DNA from: Heptranchias perlo | Lineage: Eukaryota | Reading direction: 5' to 3' | DNA: 64,000 nucleotides | Assembly: GCF_035084215.1 (NCBI RefSeq) | Contig: NC_090353.1 | Span: 10,230,001 to 10,294,000 of the forward strand | Shown: positions 1-11,600 of the stretch, piece by piece | Layout of the letters: each line of letters begins with the position of its first letter | How positions within the stretch are numbered: the stretch's first letter is position 1 | Made by a program: the position numbers and the translations under genes | Notes under the pieces: model-generated | The model's database searches: none | The model's input: only the letters and a program-made list of their open reading frames with translations | What the model was told of the DNA's origin: nothing

Positions 1-11
1 AGACTGTCCAT
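1..11 (-). CDS. Ig light chain (sigma-type) cluster A: first bases of V exon (rest lies left of window)
   Basis: Identical to 18595-18605 (start of V exon of cluster B); preceded on minus strand by ttttacag acceptor (AG at 12-13). Confidence 0.85.
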
Positions 12-116
12 CTGTAAAAGAGCAGGGATTAAACATTACACATTGACTCTTTAAAAGTGATCCCAAGCTCCCCATCCGATGCTGCAGGAAGAGCAGAGTT
101 CAGTGTCTGTACTTAC

Positions 117-165
117 AGCCCAGCCACAGTGCCAGAGACCAGAAAAAGCACAGCGTCCGCATCAT
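117..165 (-). CDS. Ig light chain cluster A leader exon (MMRTLCFFWSLALWLG, phase 1)
   Basis: ATGATG at 165-160, hydrophobic 16-codon signal peptide, GTAAGT donor at 116-111; one substitution versus the cluster B leader. Confidence 0.9.
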
Positions 166-244
166 TTCTGCCAGTGAGCTTCCTGCCGCCCTTCACCGAG
201 TGTATCTGAGACAGACTGTGGCAGCAGCTGCCCATTGAACCCAG

Positions 245-286
245 TTATAGACCCATTCACATCAGGAAGGAAATCCATGCAAATTA
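245..286 (-). promoter_or_regulatory. IgL V promoter of cluster A: decamer/octamer TAATTTGCAT (286-277) and TATAA (249-245)
   Basis: ATGCAAATTA at 277-286 on + = light-chain-orientation octamer ~110 bp upstream of the leader ATG. Confidence 0.85.
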
Positions 287-553
287 GAGCCATTCACACT
301 GACCAACCAGGGCAAATGATCTGAAACCCTCCCTGTCAGGGTCAGAGACTGTCAGTTTGAGGCAGTGACACCTCAGGACTGTCAGCAACTGACTTCCATC
401 TTAAACAGTCCCTGCAGTAAATGAGGAGATAATTTATTGTCTGATATTGCCCAGTTTATCCCTTTATTTGCCTGCTTCCTCTGCTGCTGGACTCCATCCC
501 TTATTCCAGAGATGGAGTTTAAATTGCAGGTCACACTTCTAATAATAAAAACA

Positions 554-966
554 GGGTATGACAGTGCAGTGGTTATGTTCCTTGGACTAGTAATCCAGTA
601 GAACGTGAGTTCAAAACCACCGTGACAGATTGAGAATTTGAGGTCAGTTTTTTTTTAAATGTGGGAATTAAAAGCTGGTATCAGTAAAAGTGACCATGAA
701 GCTGTCGGATTGTCATAAAAACCCAACTGGTTCACTGATGGCCTTTAGGGAAGGAAAGCTGCCTTCCTTACCCAGTCTGGCCTATAAGTGACTCCTGTCC
801 CACATCACTCTTAACTGCCCTCTGAAGTATCCGAGCAATCAACTCAGTTGTATCAAACTGCCACCAGAAGGCGTCTCACCACCACCTTCTCAGGGCAAGG
901 AGGGATGGGCAACAAATGCCGGCCTCACCGGTGACGCCTGCATCCCGAGAATGAATAAAGAAAAAG
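554..966 (+). mobile_element. tRNA-derived SINE with LINE-derived 3' tail
   Basis: A/B-box-like head (gcagtggtta...gagttcaaa); tail caccaccttctcagggcaa...gatgggcaacaaatgccggcctc...aatgaataaagaaaaa matches 3' end of the LINE at 54270-56003. Confidence 0.75.
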
Positions 967-1792
967 AACTCTCTGCTGTACCAGAGTCTGGTGCAATGCT
1001 CTTCGATAGAGGCTCATTCAGGGTCAGAGACTGTCAGTTTGAGGCACTGACACCTCAGTACTGTTAGTAACTAACTTACATCTTAAACAGCCCCTGCTAC
1101 CCAGCAGTAAACGAGAAGATAGTTCATTGTTTGATATTTCCCAGTTTCCCCCTTTATGTTTGCCAGCTTTTTCTGTCCAGAAATGGAGTTTAAACAACAA
1201 GTCACTCCTCCAACAACTGGAACTCTCTGCTATACCACAGTCTGGTGCAATACTCTGAGCTTGTGGATCTCTCCTTAATACAGACACCTTCTAAAACTGG
1301 AGGACTGTGACACTTTTCTACACAACACACTGATACAGTGCACGTTGCTGGTAGCTCCCTATCAGAGAAACTATTTGAAACATTCTCGATACAGCAAGCT
1401 CCTCACCGTAGGACACTTACTGTGTGACTCCGACACAGAGTCCTGACTCAGTGTGTTGGTGAACCCCTTCAGTTGGTATTTCGATAATCTTGCTGTGCAT
1501 GTGCTGCTACTGTTTCAATAGTTTGTGAACACGCTTCATGGGATAGGGGCAGAAGTTATAACCAGTTACCAATGTCCTAACTTGCTGGCCACCTAACTAT
1601 CATATTCGAACTTGCTATCAATCAGCAGCTGACTATTTAAACTATTAACTATATTCTACCTATTAAATACAATCTATTACCTGAATATCTGCTATTTTCA
1701 TAGAATCAGGATATTGAGAGCCAATTGCACCTCATTTAAATATCAGCAGTGATTGGGTGAAGTTGGACTGCACTGATTCGGTGGCTTCAGCA

Positions 1793-1949
1793 AATCAGCT
1801 TTCAGTATTTCAATGAGATTTGGTGCAGCCCAAACCAGCCGCCCCTCGTGGGCGTAAAACTGACAAACACCTGGGGTCCCAGCAGGAACTGGGCACCGTT
1901 ATTTTAAGGAGAGGGACTGTCCAGAACAGAGTGAAACCTCTCGATCTGT
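1793..1949 (+). promoter_or_regulatory. Conserved V-upstream element, cluster A copy (degenerate CTCF-like motif)
   Basis: 156/157 identity to 19246-19402; homologous in inverted form to 52096-52730, where the motif is consensus CTCF. Confidence 0.5.
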
Positions 1950-2070
1950 GTTTTATAACAACATTACACAAATATTTTGGTTTCCGTTCCTTCAGACATG
2001 TTCCTTTAAGTAACTGTCTGACACCTCACTGTTTAAAGGGACACTGACTCCAGTTCTGTGGGGAGTCACG

Positions 2071-2237
2071 GGGGTCAATTTAACTTTGGGCGATGATGTA
2101 AAACGGACGATATCGAGTTAGTCGCCATTACACAACCTGCCTGAGGTTCCATTCCATTGAAGTCATAGGAAGGGGAAATCGGGCGAGGTGCATAAAGGGC
2201 ATTCAATTCGATTTTGCCCAAAGTTAAAATGATCTCC
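2071..2237. mobile_element. Palindromic MITE (GGGGTCAATTTTAACTTTGGGCGA termini)
   Basis: Terminal inverted repeats ggggtcaattttaactttgggc / gcccaaagttaaaatgatctcc; same family at 50393-51298. Confidence 0.7.
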
Positions 2238-2279
2238 TATGTGATTTTATTCTTTGGTCCAATTTTCTCTCCCTCTCTG

Positions 2280-2610
2280 GAAGCTGTGATTCATGCTGGT
2301 GGGGCTGTCAGCATCAATCACTCACCCTGCCCTAGTGACCATTCTTCATGTGGGAACCTAGACCGTAAGTGGAGACAGACAATTGTATCGTAGACAAACA
2401 ACTGACCCAATCCTGTCCTCATCTCACACCCAGTAATCAGGGTGACTGATGGTGACCAGGAGAGTGGGAAACCTGGCTGATTTTTGACTTGTAGCCCAGG
2501 AGCACTGATGGTAAGTGTAAATCTCATTGCATTGCCCAGGGAAAATCAGCTATCTAATCCCGGAGTAGGAACCAGCCCTTGGACCTGCCCAGTCTATAAG
2601 TCCCAATTCA
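2280..2610 (-). mobile_element. Old tRNA-derived SINE-like repeat (related copies at ~14560-15200, 49760-50390, 59030-59400)
   Basis: Shared degenerate motifs among copies (ccctggctgatttt, atcagctaac, gaaccagg); family name not established. Confidence 0.4.
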
Positions 2611-2964
2611 TTGTATTGTGCATAGACTCCGCCATTAGACTCCTTCCATCGTGGGTGTGCAAATAACTGGTATCTGAGGTCAATGTCATCCCTCCACATT
2701 GTGACACCTCTGGTGCCCACATCAGCTCTCATTGCAGAATCTATGCAGTTTTATGCTGTAGGTTCACACCCTCTCGGAGATGATTATCAATCAACTGTTG
2801 ACTCTTTACTTTATTTTCTTCATCCAGCAAGAGGCAACTTGTCCTAAAACACTAAGGTGCCAGGCAGGCCTACGGACAGCCCAATTTGAAATTGGAGGCC
2901 TTTGGAGGACAGGGAACTAATGTAGGTCAGCAGGAGCAGGGACGATTGGTGAATGAGACCTGGT

Positions 2965-3590
2965 CCGAGAGCGGGAGGAGAGTCCAAGAGGTGAGCGCAG
3001 TATAAAAGGAGAGTCTGAGAGCGAGAGGAGAGTCCGAGAGGTGAGCGCAGTATAAAAGGAGAGTCTGAGAGTGAGAGGAGAGTCCGAGAGGTGAGCGCAG
3101 TATAAAAGGAGAGTCTGAGAGTGAGAGGAGAGTCCGAGAGGTGAGCGCAGTGTAAAAGGAGAGTCTGAGAGGTGAGCGCAGTGTAAAAGGAGAGTCCAAG
3201 AGCTGAGCGCAGTGTAAAAGGAGAGTCCGAGAGCGGGAGGAGAGTCCAAGAGGTGAGCGCAGTATAAAAGGAGAGTCTGAGAGTGGGAGGAGAGTCTGAG
3301 AGGTGAGCACAGTGTAAAAGGAGAGACTGAGAGTGGGAGGAGAGTCCGAGAGGTGAGCACAGTGTAAAAGGAGAGTCCGAGAGCGGGAGGAGAGTCCGAG
3401 AGCGGGAGGAGAGTCCGAGAGGTGAGCACAGTGTAAAAGGAGAGACGGAGAGCGGGAGGAGAGTCCGAGAGGTGAGCACAGTGTAAAAGGAGAGTCCGAG
3501 AGCGGGAGGAGAGTCCGAGAGGTGAGCGCAGTGCAAAAGTAGAAACCGAGAGCGGGAGGAGAGTCCGAGAGGTGAGCGCAGTGTAAATCT
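2965..3590 (+). repeat. Compound purine-rich minisatellite forming the 5' UTR of a CR1 element
   Basis: Alternating units gagagtccgagaggtgagcgcagt(a/g)taaaag and gagagtccgagagcgggag, running directly into CR1 ORF1. Confidence 0.85.
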
Positions 3591-4560
3591 AAGGCAATCA
3601 TGGCAGCAGAGCTCGCACCCGTGATATGCTCTTCCTGCACTATGTGGGAAATCATGAACACTACAGGTGTCCCTGGCGACCATGTGTGCAGCTACTGGCT
3701 AACCGCATTTCGGAGCTGGAGCTGTGGGAGAATTCACTGTGGAGCATCCGCGATGCTGAGATTATCGTGGATAGCACGTTCAGTGAGGTGGTCACACCGC
3801 AGGTAAAGATTACGCAGGCAGAAAGGAAATGGGTGACCGCCGGGCAGAGTAAAAGGACAAGGCAGGTAGAGCAGGAGTCCCCTGGGGCCATCTCCCTCTC
3901 AAACAGATATACCGCTTTGGATACTGTTGGGGGAGATGGCTTATCAGGGGAAAGCAGCAAGAGCCAAGTTTGTGGCACCATGGGTGGCTCTGCTGCACAG
4001 GAGGGGAGGAATAAGAGTTTTAATCTGCTTATCTGAGGAAGGATGTCCTTGCCATGGAGGGAGTGCAACGAAGGTTTACCAGACTGATTCCTGGGATGGC
4101 AGGACTGACGTATGAGGAGAGATGGGTTGACTAGACCTATATTCACGAGATTTTAGAAGAATGAGAGGTGATCTCATCAAAACATATAAATTTCTAACAG
4201 GACTAGACAGACTAGATGCAGGGAGGATGTTCCTGATGGCTGGGGAGTCCAGAACCGGGAGTCACAGTCTAAGGATATGGGGTATGCCATTTAGAACCGA
4301 GATAAAGAGAATTTCTTCACTCAGAGGGTGGTGAACCTGTGGAATTCTCTACCACAGAATGAAGTGGAGGCCAAGTCATAAGATGTATTCAAGAAGGAGA
4401 TAGATATATTTCTTAATGCTAAAGGGATCAAGGGATATGGGGAAAAAGCGGGAACAGGGTACTGAGTTAGACGATCAGCCACGATCATTTTGAATGGTGG
4501 AGCAGGCCCGAAGGGCCGAATGGCCTACTCTTGCTTCTATTTTCTATGTTTCCATGTTTC
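2965..4560 (+). mobile_element. Internally deleted CR1 LINE (5' UTR + ORF1 N-terminus fused to ORF2 C-terminus/3' UTR)
   Basis: ORF1 zinc-finger start MAAELAPVICSSCTMWE...DHVC and LSNRYTAL motif; from ~4030 CR1 3' end (FTQRVVNLWNSL) and (tatgtttc)n tail. Confidence 0.85.
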
Positions 4561-4859
4561 TTTGATACAGGGAGCGGTGTTTTGGATGAGCTGAGGTTTA
4601 TGGAGGGTGGAGGATGGGAGGTCGTCCAGGAGAGCATTGGGATTGTCAAGTCTAACTATCAAGTTTAGATAGTCAAATAGCCCACTCAAATGGGACAGCG
4701 AATCAGAAACGTAAGCACAAATAGGACTGATTTGCCTGGGCTTCTAGTGCTAGAATGCAATGGCTCAGGAGCCACATCTGGCCCATGGGATACAGTTTTG
4801 ACATCCCGAATGTACGTAACAAAAGCCTCGCCTTACATAATCCTTCCTTCTCAACAGCA

Positions 4860-5710
4860 ACAAAACTTGTGTTTATATCATGCTTTTAAAGTAGTAAAAT
4901 GTCCCAAGGTGCTTCTCAGGAGTGTAATCAGTCAAACATTTGATACTGAGTCACATAACGAGATATAAGGACAGCTTGGTCAAAGAGGTAGGTTTTAAGG
5001 AGCCTCTTAAAGGAGGAGAGAGAGGTGGAGAGGCTGGGAGGTTTAGGGACAGAATTCCAGAGCTAAAGGCCTAGGCTGTTGAAAGCACGGCCACAAATGG
5101 GGAGCGATTAAAATCGGGGATGTGGAACAGGCCAGAATTGGAGGAGCACAGAGATCTCGGAGGGTTGGAGGGCCGGAGGAAGTTACAGAAATAGGGAGGG
5201 GTGAGGCCATGGAGGTATTTGAAAACCAGGATGAGAATTTGAAGATCGAGATGTTGCCAGACCGGGAGCCGATGTAGGTCAGGGAACACAGGGGTGATGG
5301 GTGAACGGGACTAGGTGCGAGTTAGGATACGGGCAGCAGAGTTTTGGATGAGCTCAAGTTTCCGGAGGGTGGTAGATGGGAGGCCGGTGAGGAGAGCATT
5401 GGAATAGTCGAGTCTGGAGGTAATAAAGGCATGGCTGAGGATTTCAGCTGCAGATGAGCTGAGGCGGGGGCGGAGTCGTGCGATGTTACGGAGGTGGAAA
5501 TCAGCGGTCATGGTGACGGAGAAGATATGGGATCGGAAGCTCAGCACAGGGTCAAATAGGACAACAGTCTGGTTCACCCACAGACAGTGACCAAGGAGGG
5601 GGATGGTTAGGGAACGAAGTTTGTGGCGAGGACCGAAGACAATAGTTTCGGTCTTCCCAATATTTAATTGGAAGAAATTTCTGCTCATCTGGCAGGGGAT
5701 ATCGGACAAG
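4860..5710 (-). mobile_element. L2-clade LINE 3' fragment
   Basis: RT C-terminal motifs LNIGKTE...HLRNIARLR...HAFITSRLDYSNALL and HRLPVWQ. Confidence 0.85.
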
Positions 5711-6174
5711 CAAACAAATCTCAGAGTTCAGAAATATAATGATGAACCATAAAACCTTGCAGTTTATCATCTGATGAGCTTTCAGTGGCCTCTACCTGGG
5801 ACACCTCCAATATTTCATTTCCTGGCGAGAACAAATAACCATTAATTAGTTTATGAATTTGCCTACTGAACAGCAACTGCACTTCATTGTAGTCCATTTG
5901 TTCTAAAGTGCTTCGGGTTTTCCTGAAAAGAAGATAATGTGCACATTATGAATTTGGGTTTTTTCTGCCTTGTTATAGAAGTGATCCCAGAACAGAACAC
6001 TGTGAGACACCACTTCCAAATACTCTTAGAAACTGCCCTCAGCTCCTGCACTCTGCTTCCTCCCTTCTAACCAGTTTTAATCCAATTTATTATCCTCCCC
6101 TAATTCCATTAACCCTTAATCTTCTCCAATAGTCTCCTGTGTGATATCTTGTCAAAGGCTTTCCGAAAGTCCAT

Positions 6175-7060
6175 TCTTTTTTCTTCATTCATGGGATGTG
6201 GGCGTCGCTGGCAAGGCCGGCATTTATTGCCCATCCCTAATTGCCCTTGAGAAGGTGGTGGTGAGGTGCCTTCTTGAACCACTGCAGTCCGTGTGGTGAA
6301 GGTTCTCCCACAGTGCTGTTAGGAAGGGACTTCCAGGATTTTGACCCAGCGATGACGAAGGAACGGCGATATATTTCCAAGTCGGGATGGTGTGTGACTT
6401 GGAGGGGATCGTGCAGGTGGTGTTGGTCCCATGTGCCTGCTGCCCTTGCCCTTCTAGGTGGTAGAGATCGCGGGTTTGGGAGGTGCTATCGAAGAAGCCT
6501 TGGCGAGTTGCTGCATTACAGCCATTGTGCGCCGGTGGTGAAGGGAGTGAATGTTTAGGGTGGTGGATGGGGTGCCAATCAAGCAGGCTGATTTGTCCTG
6601 GATGATGTCGAGCTTCTTGGGTGTTGTTGGAGCTGCACTCATCCAGGCAAGTGGAGAGTATTCCATCACATTCTTGACTAGTGCTTGTAGATGGTGGAAA
6701 GGCTTTGGGGAGTCAGGAGGTGAGTCACTCGCCACAGAATACCCAGCCTCTGACCTGCTCTTGTAGCCACAGTATTTATGTGGCTAGTCCAGTTAAGTTT
6801 CTGGTCAATGGTGACCACCAGGATGTTGATGATGGAGGATTCGGCGATGGTAATGCCGTTGAATGTGAAGGGGAGGTGGTTAGACTCTCCCTTTTGGAGA
6901 TGGTCATTGCCTGGCACTTGTCTGTCATGAATGTTACTTGCCACTTACCAGCCCAAGCCTGAATGTTGTCCAGGTCTTGCTGCATGCGGGCACAGAATGC
7001 TTCATGATCTGAGGAGTTGCGAATGGAACTGTACACTGCAATCATCAGCGAACATCCCCA
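6175..7060 (-). mobile_element. CR1/L2-superfamily LINE 3' fragment (same family as 54270-56003)
   Basis: ARMQQDLDNIQAWAGKWQV, ILVVTIDQKLNWTSHINTV; A-rich tail at 6175. Confidence 0.85.
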
Positions 7061-7851
7061 ATTCTGACACACAACCTCCATTGCAATTCCCCCAACCACC
7101 ATATGTTAGCTCACCAAAGACAATACACTTGGGGCTGGAATCTGAATTGCCATCATTTTAAATACTGTTTATGTACTGTGACTAGATTTAAAGGAACAGT
7201 TCCCAAAACAAAACAAAACAAAAATACAGTGGGCCCACAATCCCAAACTGTCACCCTAATGATGTTGGAGTGGGAATTGCGCACTGACCCAAGAGCCTGA
7301 CACCACCGAGCTCCTGAGGTCAGTTAATTTACGGCACCGACACCCATGTCAGTATCAGTGCATCTCAGACGTGGTCTAGAGGGGAGCACAGCAAAATATG
7401 TCATTGGCCAGACTCTTTGGGGTGAAGCTGGCTGGTCCGAGTATCAAAAGCTCAGATGGTTTGAAATCGGCCCTTATTATAGGAGGGTCCATCTCATCGT
7501 GGCCACAACTTCAGCATTGGAGTGTTCCAAGCCATTGAAATAGCCTGGAACACTCTTGTGGGCAACCTACCCATCCCCAGTATCTTAGCAGCATACGTAA
7601 TGTTGAGGTTCAGGAGGCAGGCCAGGATCCTTGAGCTGTCAGGCACCCACTTTATAACGGCAAGGTGGAAGCTGGGAGTTGAGCTTCACCAAATGTGGTG
7701 AAATTTGAGTGTATTTAAATAATTATTCTCTTAGAAGGAGGGTTCTGTTCTAAAGCAACGTGGCCTTGCAAAATCTGATATGTTTCACATCAGTTATGTG
7801 AAAACTGTGAGGACTCAAACCCTTGTGTGTCTTACAGGCCCATTTCCCTCA

Positions 7852-10518
7852 TGTTGCGGCAACTAAAGAATTACGGGCTTTGCGATATTAATGCTGATGT
7901 AAGGGGTGTGTGTGTATAATCTTTATATGTATACTGAAGTTATGCTAACTAGGAGACAACCAGTGTGACCCCAATGCATAATGGGAAGCTTGACTAAAAA
8001 GGACTAAAACATAGGGCTTGATTTTACCGTCGGGTTTCCTGTGGGTTTCCAGCGGGGGGGCCCCGAAAATCCCGATATCCAGTCACGTGACCGGATCGCG
8101 CCACGATCCCGACCACTTCCGGGTTCTCCGATGACGTGCGGGGCTGCGTGCACGGCCCCCGCTGGTGGGAATCCCGCAGGCAATTAAAGCCAGCGGGGTT
8201 CCACTTGAGAGTACTTAACTTGCTTGTTGAGGTCATTAAATGAGCTGAATCAGCTGTCAAAACAGGAAGTGTGGGATTTTACCTTCAACGCAGAGTGTTT
8301 CACACACTGGGGGAAACAGTCTCCCTCCAACCAGGCGTGTTGCAGCCAGCAGCCCGTGGCAGCTGCCAAGGTGCACTCCACGGGGGTGGGGGGGGGGGGG
8401 AGAGCCCTCACCCACGCAGGAGGCCACCGCGTCACATAGGGCAACCCCTGCCCCCCACCACCCCCCGCCAAGCCAGAGGACAGACCAACGCGAAACCGCA
8501 GCCCCAGTCCGAGGAACCACCCACCTACCCTGCACAACCCCTCAGACCAAGACCTGCCAGATGGGTGGTGCGTGGACACCCTCGGAGGACGAACAGCATG
8601 ACCAGCCCCAGCAGCCTCGCAGTCCACGCCGTCCGCCGCAGAGACGTGGATCCCCCCAACACGGTGCTGTTGCACGCCCACCTGTACAGCAGGAGGGAGG
8701 GCAACCGCAGAGAGAGATGCGTCGCAGAGGGCACTACCCTCGCCACAGGGTCCACAGACCGAGGCTCAGCCTCCTGGACCTCTCTGAGCAGCAGTGCACA
8801 CAGAGGCGCAGATTCACTCGACATGTAGTCGTGGAGATCTGCAGGCTCTTTCATGCCGAGCTGCTCCTGGCTGGCCCCAGCACCATCTGCTTACCTATCG
8901 CTGCCAAAGTCACCACTGCCCTCCACAACTTCTCCTCCGCATCCTTCCAGGGTGCAGCCGGGTACACCGCCGATGTCTCTCAGTCGTCTGCGCGGAGGAG
9001 CCCTGCAAATACACCTGCACCTACTCTGCAGTGACACAATGGGTGGCATCAGTGGTGGGTCCTCATAGTGATACCCAGGAGCGGGCATTATTGGACACAA
9101 CAGACAGGATTCGCGGAGACATGGCAGTGGTGGTGCCAATATAATGTGTGATGTTTGTTGCTCTGAAATTCAATATAGGTAACACCCATGGCAAACCCTC
9201 AGACACCCTTGTGCATCCCCTTCATGCTCACGACACGTTTGCCTTACGCTGCCTACTGCACATATGTGATGCATGCCCTGTGGCTGCAGCACAGGTGGTG
9301 GCAGGTTGAGTGAGGCTGGCCGTGAGGGAGATGCACGAGAGGGTGAGTATGGGATGGAGCCATGAGATTGTATGAGGATTGGGTTGCGTGTTAGTGGCGG
9401 GGTGAGTACTGGCGAGGTGAGTAGGTGCAGGTAAGATGAGGATGGGGTTTGAGTGGGTATGAGGGGTGATGTGACAGAGTAGTGTTGGCGGTGCCGAAGG
9501 AGATGTGGGGTGGGGGCAGTGTTGTGGCAGACGGAGTGTAGGGGAAAGACTACGTGTTCTCACTGTGGCTGACCTACTGCGGTCATTGGAGCGCCTCCTG
9601 CACTGTATGCAGGTGGGCGATATGTTGGTGGCGCAGGTGACCCCCTCTGCCATCTCGAGCAAGGCCTTCTTGGTGGCAGAGGCAGGCTGCTTCCTCCCGC
9701 CCGCCGGGTGGAAGATCTCTGTCCTCCCCCTCCTCCTCACCCCATCTGATGATACCTGGGGTGAGGCATCATTAAACTGGGAGCAGCCTTGCCCCTGGGC
9801 TGCTCCATGCTGTAATTTGTTCCATTGGTTGCAGCATCTGTCAGTGGAGGACTGCCCCTTTAACTAGAGAGCCTCCAGCTGACAGATCGTACTGCGCATG
9901 CGCAGTCCGCCCGACGCGCAGACCAGCAGCGCGGACCCCGGAGGAGCAGGTAAGTGGCTCCAATTAGTGGATTGCCTGCTACGATCGCGCGGGCAACCCA
10001 TTAATTTCACCGGGCGCGGAGGCCACGCACCCGAAACCCAACCCGCCAGAAACCCGCAGGCCTGCTAAAATCAGGCCCATAGTGTCAGCAGTTTAACCGT
10101 AGCAGTTGTCATAAACATGTTTTCACAAAACCTTGTAAGAAGAACAATGGACTAAGATAATGATAATGGGAGACCTGGGACACCGGATAAGGGGAATTGT
10201 AACCATAGAAAGGCAGAAGTAAGAGCTTAAGACAGTTGAGATAAGAGGGACATCTGTTCCTGCACAAGTGCGAGACTCCATGATGACTATGGACAAGGTA
10301 TAGGCAGGACCTAGTTGGTCACATGTGTGAGGCCAACAGACTGCTGCCTGTCAGTATCAACCGTACAGTGTATGAAGGCTGATGAAATTGCTTAATCGGA
10401 GAGACTCTTGGCTCGCTAAGGCTGTCCCCTGAATATGCTTGAATAATTTCTGATTACGAAAGGCTCTCCGGACTCAGTGTGGGTGACTTGAATGGTGACC
10501 GAGACGGTCACTACAACA
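7852..10518. mobile_element. Possible solo LTR (~600 bp) interrupted by the Harbinger element
   Basis: Termini TGTTG...CAACA, flanks cctca / cctcc (near-TSD); no internal coding sequence. Confidence 0.35.
8014..10078. mobile_element. Internally deleted PIF/Harbinger DNA transposon with transposase (+) and Myb/SANT (-) gene remnants
   Basis: TIRs GGGCTTGATTTTA / TAAAATCAGGCCC, 3-bp TSD ATA (8011-8013, 10079-10081); + strand RHRVHRPRLSLLDLSEQQC...LPIAAKVTTALHNFSSASFQG (Harbinger transposase N-terminus); - strand ATKKALLEMAEGV...CIQCRRRSND (trihelix Myb/SANT). Confidence 0.9.
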
Positions 10519-11019
10519 CCTCCTCAGCTGTGTTTGTAAAACACCACCCAATATCCTGGCCATCTAACTGGACCCATCGAGTTCTAGGTGGACAACAGTA
10601 GCTGATAATTCAAAGTAGTAAACAATAGAGACACACCCAATCTAGGGCTCTTCCTGCAAGTCCATTAAGCTTTGAACAATGCCGAGTGGATCTTCCTGCT
10701 CCCCATGTTGAACAAATGGTCTTTAGTGATGCATTCAGACAATGGATCAAAATCCTTTATTTTTACCACTCATCCTCGATGACCATTATTTGCTAAGGCT
10801 TCACTGCAATCTCCAGAGAAGAGCCAGAAAGGACCGTGATGCCTGTCTGTTTCCACTGACTGTGGCCATTTAGAATATGATTCTTGTTTCTCCTGTCTCG
10901 CACTTCTGGGCAGGATACCCACAGCAGTCTTGTTCTCAGATACGTGAGGTTAGATAAAATTTCCAATCTTATTCCTCCAAAGCTCCAAATAGTCTGTCCT
11001 TCAGTCCCTTCATCCATCC

Positions 11020-11600
11020 TGTACCTCTAGACTGGACTATTCCAATGCTCTCCTGGCTGGTTTCCATCATCCACCCTCCATAAACTTCAGCTCCTCCACA
11101 TCTCTGCTGCCCGTATCCTAACTCGCACCAAGTCCCGTTCACCCATCACCCCGGTGCTCACTGACCGACATTGGCTCCCGGTCCGGAAACGCTTCGAATT
11201 TATATTTCTCGTCTTTGTTTTCAAACCCCTCCATGGCATCGCCCTTCACAATCTCTGTAACCTCCTCCAGCCCTACAACACTCTGAGATCTCTGAGCTCC
11301 TCCAATACTTGCCTCTTGTGCATCCCCGATTTTATTGCTCCAACATTGGCAGCTGTGTCTTCAGCTGCCTAGGTCCGAAGCTCTGGAATTCCCTCCCTAA
11401 ACCTCTCCACCTCGCTACCTCTCTCTCCTCCTTTCGACACTCCTTAAAACCTACCTCTTTGACCAAGCTTTTGGTCACTTGTCCTAACGCTTCCTTTTGT
11501 GGCTTGGTGTCAAATTTTGCTTGATAATGCTCCTGTGAAGCACCTTGGGACATTTTACTATGTTAAGGGCACTGTATAAATGCAAGTTTATGTTGTTGAT
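11020..11600 (+). mobile_element. L2 LINE 3' fragment
   Basis: SRLDYSNALL, LTDRHWLPVRKRF, KLWNSLP motifs and L2 tail. Confidence 0.8.

Noticed and set aside
1415-1500. Possible small exon on the minus strand (ATG...CA|GTAAGT) upstream of cluster A
   Set aside because: Peptide is not leader-like, and the region is absent from cluster B
1820-2047. Paralogous ORFs MVQPKPAAP... at 1820 and 19273
   Set aside because: TTG starts, frames diverge after the conserved island, and the third copy has an indel; conservation is better explained as non-coding
2844-3683. Long repetitive ORFs (279, 244, 170 aa) on the minus strand
   Set aside because: Artefacts of the stop-free minisatellite; same for the ORFs at 15558-16143 and 43614-43872
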